Positions 51,197 to 60,260 of a stretch of 60,260 nucleotides of DNA are shown here, piece after piece. Position numbers and translations under genes: made by a program. The stretch's first letter is position 1. Each line of letters opens with the position of its first letter. Source of the DNA: Catajapyx aquilonaris (taxonomy: Eukaryota); contig JYFJ02002270.1 of the NCBI GenBank assembly GCA_000934665.2, forward strand, positions 1 through 60,260, in the 5' to 3' direction. The notes under the pieces are model-generated. The model saw only the letters and a list, made by a program, of their open reading frames with translations. It was not told the origin of the DNA and made no database searches.

Positions 51197-52730
51197 AGGC
51201 AGCTGCTACTGCCAAGGGCGAAGAGCACCATAAAGTTTCAAGTTAGGAATGGTGGTACTGAAGTAAGAAGAGATTGTGTGTTATGAACAATGACAAGGTG
51301 CAATAACAGCTTGGGCCATAACCATCAGTTGATTCTGCAACTGCTGCATAAGGTCGCGACTGAATATTCGAGGGCCTCATTTTTAAACAACAGCAAGAAT
51401 CAAAGTGGGATGATACCAGGTAGCTGAAAATTTTATGCTGCTAATGTTTCTTTTGTTCCCAGGGTTTCAGTAATAATAATGAGTGCATGCAACCACGGCA
51501 TTCATACTGTCCACTGTTGCCAGTGTACTTTTGTCCTAGGGTAAAAAGGCAGAATTGCAATGTGCAGTCGTATGTCACCTTACTAGACATCACTGCAAAT
51601 TGTAGTTGCGTCTATTTTTTCCTAGGATGCTAGTAATGTTCCGAAATACATGTACTCACCACTAAGAAATGGTGCTACTGAAACACTATCTCATTATTTT
51701 CAGTTAATGTTATTTGGTGAATGGCTAACAAAACCAAGGAGCCAATGGTACAGTAAATACGTGGCTGCCCCAATGATTTTAATAATAAAAAGCACTAAGA
51801 GTTTATCGCAGATTTGGAGTTTCGAAGTTACATTTCGGGTGAATGAAGGGTCTGAAACATATTGGTGACATTCCATTGAATCATGGAGCTACGTTAGATT
51901 CCTGAGTAATTTTTGGAATGCTCAAGCAAAAGCCGTGTCACTGTTCTTATGCCTTCACTCATTCTTAAATTCATTGCGTCATAAGCATCTGCTAGTGCCA
52001 TGGAATGCGCATTTTTGGGTTCCAAATATTGCCAATAAGTTTTCAGCCGTTGACTTCCATTTTGAATCATTGTTGTGCCAAACTCTGATTTGTCCTTGCT
52101 GATCTTTCTCTTGTAAATTGTGTATGACTGGACAGCTAAATTACAAGTGGCAGCAGATTTGCATTCAAATGATGTTAACATGTAAATTCTCTGTCAATAT
52201 TCGTGCAGCTATGACTGGAAGTTGTGGCTCATTATTTGACTTCCACACACCTTGGACCCTGTCTTCAATAAAATGGTAATAATTTACCCAAGTTTAAGTT
52301 CACATCAAGTTGAATAGATGAGCCAACCTGTTTGAGGTCGTAAAATGGATTGTCTGGTTTCTGGTTATTGCAACATATTGCAGAATCAGCTTGAACAAGC
52401 ATTTTGCTTTTTGAATTAATTTGCGAAAACTTATGACAACGACATTATCACAGGCCACAGGTCATCCATAACGATGCCACATTGAATCCTGTCTTTACGA
52501 TTTTGTCATATTGTCACAAATGCAGCCGTCCCTTCAAATATTGTTATTTTGTGAGAGTTATAACATTTTATATCCCCTGTTCCAAGAGTGTTCTGAAATT
52601 ATGACAAAATAACAATTTCGACAATCAGACATGAGCTTTGCTACAAATTATTCTTAATCATATCTGTGTGATCCGTTTTCCTCTCTCTCTTTGGAAGTGT
52701 AACCAGACGTTAGAATCGCAAGGAGACTAA

Positions 52731-53068
52731 CAAGGGAACGACCAAGGTCGGTCGCCTCCGATTTGGTTGAAACTTGTATGAGGGGTCACTCATGTGCGAT
52801 AGACACTGTCCAGCCATTCACGAGATATGAGCGACAGAAACATCCGAATTTTGTCCGCGCGCATAAAGGGGAATAGGGGCCTTGCCGGGCCTTGCACTTG
52901 TCCCTTCCCGTCCTATGCCAGTACGTGAGGACAAAATTCTGAATTGTTTGTGCTCATATCTCGGAAACGGATGGACAGTGTCATCTAAGACTGTGTCTAT
53001 CGCACATCAGTGACCACTCAAGCGAGTTTCAACCAAATCAGAGGCGACTGACCTTGGTCGTTCCCTTG
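52731..53068. mobile_element. Palindromic MITE with ~80-bp TIRs and TAA target duplication
   Basis: TAA|CAAGGGAACGACCAAGGTCGGTCGCCTCCGATTTGGTTGAAAC ... GTTTCAACCAAATCAGAGGCGACTGACCTTGGTCGTTCCCTTG|TAA, with further internal inverted similarity. Confidence 0.85.
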
Positions 53069-53661
53069 TAAGTACCTCTATAATTTTCATGGAGAACGTG
53101 TGAAAATTTACCGCTTTCCAGGACCAAAAGTCATGGAGTTTGTTACATAAACAGGACCAAATTGTACCTTTATTTTCTTGCTACCCCTCTATAATTCATT
53201 GTAGGCTCTAACTGGAAAATCACCAAACCTGCATTTGTGACTAGTGACATGAAGTGTGACAAAATTTGACCATTTGTTACTTCCTTAACATTTTTTGTTA
53301 GTTTTATACTTAGGGGACATTCCAAGTGAAAGAATAAAAACCTTGTATATATACAACATACTGTTGGCTCGAATTTTTATTTCTGGGCAATTCCATGGCG
53401 CAGCCGTCCGTACGTAACGCAAGTGTTGCCTACGTGCACATGCACAAGAGTATTTTATTATAACAGTGCCAGGATGCATGCACTGCATGCTTAATCCATT
53501 TCATGTAATGTGTGGGTATTGTTACAATAAATACGCTAGTACATGTCTGCAAAACCTGCGTTACGTATGGACAATATGGCCGCCTTTCGTGGAATTGCCC
53601 TTCTACTATCCACACTGCAACTCTTGCTACAATGTTACCAATATTCCTTTCCTTCTCGGCT
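52978..53661 (+). repeat. Local duplication, copy A (carries the 216-bp MITE)
   Basis: Near-identical to 58831-59299 apart from the 53385-53600 insertion and small indels. Confidence 0.92.
53385..53600. mobile_element. 216-bp MITE with 4-bp TSD (TTCT), Sola2-like termini
   Basis: TTCT|GGGCAATTCCA ... TGGAATTGCCC|TTCT; the empty site tttatttctactatcc is present in the duplicate near 59235-59250. Confidence 0.88.
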
Positions 53662-55328
53662 GTTAGTTGGACTGGACTTCCTTATTAATAAATGTCCACT
53701 AGTCCGACCATACTTCATAAATCCACCGTGAGTTACCCCTTGGTCACAGAAGTTTGACATGTGGGGCTTTGGAAGCAGCATGTTGCATGTTTAACCACAT
53801 TGTTGTGGTTGGCCTCAGAAGGTCAGGCTCACCATGTTGCTCTTTTGTATAGCCATAGGCAGCCTTTCCTCTTGCTGCGTTCATTAGTTCAAGTTCTAGG
53901 GCTGCTCTTAATTATTCATAAACTGGCACCGTACAGGTGGAGCACTCAAGCTTTCTATTTATCCATCTGCACAGAGAGGAGATTATAAAGAGAGCCTCCG
54001 GACGTCATATTCGAAATGGCCTTTGGAAATTTTATTTGCATACGTCTACAGCATCTCGCAGGTGTTTCAGGTCGTCGTGTTAGTTCTAAGATGTTGGGTA
54101 CCAGTTATCTTATCAGCTGTGCAAGTGTCATACTTAAAATTGCTAATGACGAATATAAAGCGATGGTCAAAATATGCGAGTATTTTCAAAAATGACACAG
54201 ACGGTAAGGGTGGCATGAAGATACCTCTATAGATTCTCCCTAGAGCATTTCATACAATTTTTTACTTGTTTTGATTTGGGGGGTATTTATTAAAAACAAA
54301 TAATTCAAACATCCTTCGCACACATAATTAATGTATGTTTAATTTCATACCCATTTTAGCCCAAACAAATATTATAACACCCCAATTTCGGAACCGAATA
54401 AATCAATTGAACCTATTTCAAAAATAAGGTAGCTACCAAAATTCCTCTCTAGCGTCTATTTGACTGCAACTCAAGGCCAGGAAAGACTATAAATGTTGAC
54501 GCAACAATCGTATCAATAGGCCAGGCGAAAGGTTTATAATCGCCGAGCCCACCCGCACAATTAGTCCCTAACAAGAGTCTTTGTATTAAGTTAGTCAGCT
54601 GCGTTACGCCCCGGGTGTCCGCCCCAGGCCTCCACCTAATGCTGTTTATGTGTGCCGAGGTTCCCTGCAAACTTCAGCCCTACCTCAAAGTCAACTTAGG
54701 AGAAGTCTGTGGCCTCGACAGGTGCGTTTCAGGAAAACCAAGCTTCGACATAGTATATAGGTATACCTCCAGAGACAAAAGGCGGCCACAGCAAAAGAGA
54801 AACCGTGGGATCAACTGATAGGACTTGAGGATCAATAATTTAAAGCGATGCCCAGACCAGAAGTATGCCCATTCATGATACAGTATATTTTAAATATTAG
54901 ACATCAATCTTACATAGTAATAATAGTATCAAATTCAAGATCAAATTACAGGCTAAATATGCAGTGACGAACTGCAAACGTTAGGAAATAACAAACATTC
55001 TAGTTTCCCTGGCCTTCAACAAACACACCCCTGAGGATAAAAAATACTGAAGCATTGTTACTACATTATGTACCTCTGCAAAGTGATTAAACAAAGGTTA
55101 TACCTGGAATCATTGTGAGAGCTGGCCGGCTTATGAAATCCAACTTACAAGTTAGTTTTTTTCAAGGCATGTATTTGGGATAAAAAGGTGTCACACTCTA
55201 ACAAAAACATGGCATAAATGCTGAATTAACGGACTATTTCCAGTCACTCTAAATGTTCAGATTCATTAAACCATTCCCCGAACTCTGCAGTCCTTCTGAA
55301 CCATGCACACTCCTACAATACAGGAATA

Positions 55329-56964
55329 TTACTGGCAGGAAAAGACATATAGTAGTGATAACATGAATATGGTCGCAGCCGGAAACGCAAACAGCCCGGG
55401 AATCACGTCAATCCCAAACGCATCCAGCAAGTCAATCAGCATCACAACTCCGTACCGTGTGAAAAATTGGAGTATGTTACGTCTTATTGTCTCAGACAGC
55501 TTTACTTGCCGGCACAGTGATGTTCTGACTCTGACCTTTTTGCGCAACTGGATCAGTCCAGAAAGAGTGATTTGGTTACACTCGATTAACTCCACATCAC
55601 GAAGCGACGCGCATCTGGACATGGCTTCCAGGCAGGAGTCGTCCAGGTTGAAGATTCTGTCGAGTTCCAGAGTTTCCAACTGGATCTGGGGTCTGGAGAA
55701 GAAGACTTGAATCGCTGGAGAGGTCAGGCTGCAGGGGCCTTGCAGAGAGAGCTTACGGAGGTTGGTCAGCTGGCCGAGACCTTCCAGGAGGCCGTCGTCG
55801 GTGATTCTGCAGTGGGTAAGGTACAGGGACAACAGCTGCTGGAACTGGCCAAGGAGAAGGAAGGACCCTGGATGCTGAAGACAAATGCAAAGAGAACGTA
55901 AGTGTCCTGAGGAAGTGGAGGCCAACAGGTCGAGATCACTGTCGGCAGGGCGGTTACGAGGCCATAGAGATCCACCCACTGGAGGCGTGATGTCCAGCGA
56001 CGTTCTATGGTAAAGTTCAGCAGCGGTGGGCGTTTGCGTTTCCCATTGTCCAGGCATATGACCTCCAGGTGGTCGCAGGGAGCAAGGATGTCCAGTAGGG
56101 GAGGAAGGTAATTTGGAAGCCAACACCTACTGATCTGTACGTCTCCAAGGTGGCCACATCGTTGGACAAGTCGGGAGAGAGTGGAGATCTTTTCCACTTT
56201 GACGCTCCACAACGTCAGCGTGTCCAACTTGGACACTGAGTCCAGAATGTCGTCGCACTTGAACCAGGACTTGTAGCCGACCACGGTCAAATTGCGCAAC
56301 TTTGTGGTCATCTTGATCAGACTGAGGGCTTCTTGGACGTCCATCTTGAACAGGTCGATGCGTAGCCGTATCGAGAGGGTTTTATCCCGGGACAGAGTGG
56401 CCCATCTTTTGGACACCAACGGGACACTCTTCACCAGGTCGTCTGGGGTCAAGTAAGCAAATATGTGGAGAAGAAGCTCGTCGGGCATTGCAAAGAATGG
56501 ATCGTGAACAGCCTAAATGAGAAATTTCTGTCAGTACATATACGCAGATGTTATTGTGCAATTTTTTTTCTTCAAAATTTCAAATCTGTCCATTTCGTGG
56601 CAATGAGTACAGTACGATCATGCCTGGACGCGTAACATAATTCTGTGGATGTTTTCGGATAATAGAAAGGAAATTTAGTAGCCTCAATATCCTAATCGCA
56701 AAATGCATGCTTGAACTCCACATAGTGATGCGTTATTGTATAATTATGCATATTTTATATGTGCATTTCTGTCATTTACAATGCATCTGGTAGGCACGGC
56801 AAAGTCAATACAAGTAATAATTGTGAATTTACAATAAACAGTCAAGAAAAAGTGTAGCTGCCACCAATGCAGTTTTCTACTCCATGCAATAATAATAATT
56901 TATTGTGAGAGATCCATGATAATATTACCACGTGCTGTTGGATGTTCATTCTTCCGACGGCCAT
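55329..56964 (-). pseudogene. F-box/LRR protein gene with a frameshift near 55946 (pseudogene or assembly indel). Exons 56964-56929 (tentative) and 56512-55329
   Basis: F-box FFAMPDELLLHIFAYLTPDDLVKSVPLVSKRWATLSRD. LRRs LLSLYLTHCRITDDGL, LRKLSLQGPCSLT, LETLELDRIFNLDDSCL and LRDVELIECNQITLSGL lie in a different frame from the F-box. Confidence 0.75.
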
Positions 56965-57398
56965 TTGTGCTAAAGATGTTACAACCTGATCGGAGAAAAA
57001 GAAACAATTAAATGACTAATTTTGCCCATGGCCGTACATTTTATGCCATTCAGTTTGTGCGAAAGATATTCCCAACCACCTGGGTGTTCCCATATGAGTT
57101 GTTACAAATAAATATGAATTATTCACTTCTCAATATCCAGTATTGGTCACTTCGTTTTATATGTCACCTTTCTTAGATATTCAGTATATTTAATCAGCCT
57201 TACACTGCACTCCCCATTATTATCCGTGCCTTGTCCGTGCTAATGTGTTGTAAAAAGCAACCATCTTGGAAAAATGGCGGCAAAAAGTAATTTTTGCCTT
57301 ATTTTTTGAACAGTTAATATCAAAATGTAAACTTGCGACAAGTTGATATTTTAACCTTCTTATCATGCTCCCGAACTTCCCGCAAACAGATCAAAAGT

Positions 57399-57449
<51 letters not shown>
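57399..57449. repeat. (GAT)n microsatellite
   Basis: Seen directly in the sequence. Confidence 0.97.
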
Positions 57450-58624
57450 GGGGGGGGGNGAAGATAATCCTGCCTTTCCCTTGACTTGAGTTTGGGTTGG
57501 TGAGGACGTTTCAGAATTTGGAGATGTACTGCAATTTCACTGGGCACTTTTTTCACCCCTTGCACATGCCCACTCTTCAAAATATCTTTTCATAAGAGTC
57601 GTTTTCAGGAGGGCAAGGGGCACAGTAATATTTAAGAAATCGCACTCCTGGGCCAACATTTCGTTCTTTTTCCGCGGCTTGAACTATACATGCTGGTATT
57701 TGGCCAGAGAGCGGCCTTGTGGGGCTCTAGCACTCAAAAACATAAGAATGTGGCCATAGAATGGAGGTACGCTACCTTAAAGAGTGGACATCTGTAGTCC
57801 GCCATCATCAGAGCAGGGGACAAGTGAACTGCTGTCAACACTTTGTCCAGTCCAAGAAGTCCTGTCGACGGAAGAGAAGCATGCCCACCACCGTCCTTCC
57901 TAGCCCCGTTCAGTCGCCAGAATGATTCACACCAAATATTTCCAGTCAGACGGTCCTTTCCTAAACCAGTATAGTGTGACTCAGAACTCGTTCACTTTCA
58001 TGCTGGCCTACTGTTTTTCTCTTTCGTTAAGACTATTATCTTGGAACACCCGGAGGCACCTCTTTCAGGTTTGAGCCGACTGGGGGAAGAAAAGACATAG
58101 GCTGTCTAAGAATGCTAGAAAAGGCAAATAAGGCAACCCAAAAATAGGCAATATACCCATGTTGAAAAAAGATAGCCGCATCCTTTCCTCCGGTGTTCAA
58201 CACATGGGTGGGAGGGTAGGGCAGCCTGCGCCGTCCTTNGGGGGGGGGGGGGCTGAGTCGCATATTGCAGTGTCACATTTTCGACAATAAGCTAGAATTG
58301 CTCAATGTCGTCGATGATGTAGTCCAAAATGTAGTCCTTATGATGGCCAAGACATTAAGTTTTTCTGCTGGAGCAAAGAGCATCAGCCTTTTGGAGAAAC
58401 ATCTAGCAAAAATTCGTTTTTGGGAGGCGAGCCCAGGTAACCTTCACATTGTGGGTGGGGTCAGGGGTCATCTCATTGAGCGATAGGCAAACGGGATGTT
58501 GTAGACATGACTTGGTAACCCTGAACGACAAAATAATTCTGAATGAGCGGTGAACACCGGATGGTCAGCGCCTTCCAAATTTATAGTGGCCCAGGTGTAG
58601 GGGTACCAACCCCTGCTTTTCGCA

Positions 58625-58697
<73 letters not shown>
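58625..58697. repeat. (AAT)n microsatellite
   Basis: Seen directly in the sequence. Confidence 0.97.
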
Positions 58698-58700
<3 letters not shown>

Positions 58701-58830
58701 CAAGTGTACATCACATATTCGCGTCATCAGGTGATTTAATCGTGTATATCAAGTTGTAGTAAGATATCGGGCGGCTCTTATTATCTTGCGACACCCCCGC
58801 CTCTGGAAGAAATGTCCAAGAATGCAAGAT

Positions 58831-59299
58831 GTGTCATCTAAGACTTTCACCACTGTGTCTATCGCACATCAGTGACCCCTCAAGCGAGTTTCAACCAAAT
58901 CAGAGGCGACTGACCTTGGTCGTTCCCTTGTAAGTACCTCTATAATTTTCATGGAGAACGTGTGAAAATTTACCGCTTTCCAGGACCAAAAGTCATGGAG
59001 TTTGTTACATAAACAGGACCAAATTGTACCTTTATTTTCTTGCTACCCCTCTATAATTCATTGTAGGCTCTAACTGGAAAATCACCAAACCTGCATTTGT
59101 GACTAGTGACATGAAGTGTGACAAAATTTGACCATTTGTTACTTCCTTAACATTTTTTGTTAGTTTTACACTTAGGGGACATTCCAAGTGAAAGAATAAA
59201 AACCTTGTATACATACAACTGTTTGCTCGAATTTTTATTTCTACTATCCACACTGCAACTCTTGCTACAATGTTACCAATATTCTTTTCCTTCTCGGCT
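58831..59299 (+). repeat. Local duplication, copy B (right arm of the palindromic MITE plus flank; empty site for the 216-bp MITE)
   Basis: Direct repeat of 52978-53661. Confidence 0.92.
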
Positions 59300-60260
59300 A
59301 AGTATAACTCACATTGATGATACGCATTCCCACTCACAAGCTACACACTTGACTGAGGTAGGTCCCGGAGTTGCTTTTCCTTTAAAAAATAATAAAACTG
59401 CATAGAACTTATCTACATGGCAAAACTTGGGGGAGTCACATGTAGGAACAAAGCACCGAGATTGTGTGTGGGGAGGGGGCGGGGGAAGAGGGGAGTACAA
59501 GGCTATACTTATATACACTGTACATTACACAAACTGTGATGTATAAAATTCACTGAGATTCATCATCTAATTCTCACTGAAAAAAAGATGCAGGATAAAT
59601 GCAAATAAGATGCAACACGGCATGTTTAAAAAGGCATGCAGAAATTTGTTGACTAGCAGATCACACATTTTTTGTCCCACAAGTGACTAAAATCATTATG
59701 AACAGAGGGTGACCACGTGTCACTACTTTTGAAATCTGCAGTTCTGGGAGAACCTAGCAAGCAGATCCTTAATATCCATTGAAACACGTGTTCATGTCGA
59801 TATCAAATAGAACACATTAAACATGGCAGTCTCAGGTTCCCATCAAGAGGGTTTTTCCAAGTGTTACACAATTTTAGAAAGCGCAAAGACGTCCACACAC
59901 AGCAACACGCTCCTTTCCTTGCCACTGTAAAAGGCACTGCCACCTACTCTTGCATTGACACACTACCTATACAGTACTACAAAGTAGGCGGCAAGTGTGT
60001 AATGCATCTAAAGTGCCATGGAAAGAAACCTGTGGGGGGGGGGTCTCTGTATCTTTTTGCAACCAACTCCACAGTCATCATGGAATGATTTTGCCATGTG
60101 ATCATAGCTGTAGCTTACAAGTTTGCATAAGTGAATTTGTGCTCTTGACTGATTCCTCACAGATAATTCTACATGGCACAGGAATTTTATGCCAGTTTTC
60201 ACATGTACAATGCTGGCCATATATCGAGGCAACCGCCAGCCAGCGCCGGATTTACCCCCC

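Noticed and set aside
51894..52560. Possible decayed transposase or viral fragment on the minus strand
   Set aside because: No recognisable catalytic motif; cannot be supported without a translated search.
55938..55956. 19-nt GT..AG micro-intron that might repair the F-box frameshift
   Set aside because: Too short for a normal spliceosomal intron, and its removal creates an immediate TGA.

Overview
Eukaryotic (arthropod, probably hexapod) genomic DNA with short GT-AG introns. No prokaryotic features, CRISPR arrays or rRNA are seen. About 12 protein-coding loci can be assembled by hand: (1) a hemocyanin-superfamily gene keeping only 4 of 6 copper histidines; (2) troponin C with only EF-hand IV intact; (3) a Bicaudal-C-like KH gene with no visible SAM domain; (4) DDX46/Prp5; (5) a ~1119-aa secreted DUF4789-type gene nested antisense in an 8-kb DDX46 intron; (6) NAF1 with duplicated N-terminal exons; (7) an orphan helical protein gene; (8, 9) two paralogous divergent ionotropic receptors, one frameshifted with introns and one intronless; (10, 11) two Sina/SIAH-like half-genes, one with Zn finger and putative substrate-binding domain and one RING-only; (12) a frameshifted F-box/LRR gene flanked by a local duplication. 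Non-coding DNA holds several MITEs (one with a filled/empty site pair), tRNA-like SINE heads, perfect palindromes and microsatellites. Gene models and family assignments come from reading the sequence by eye and from recalled family motifs; no searches were run. No clearly new multi-gene system is demonstrated; the best leads are the hemocyanin/hexamerin intermediate, the split Sina pair and the nested secreted gene.
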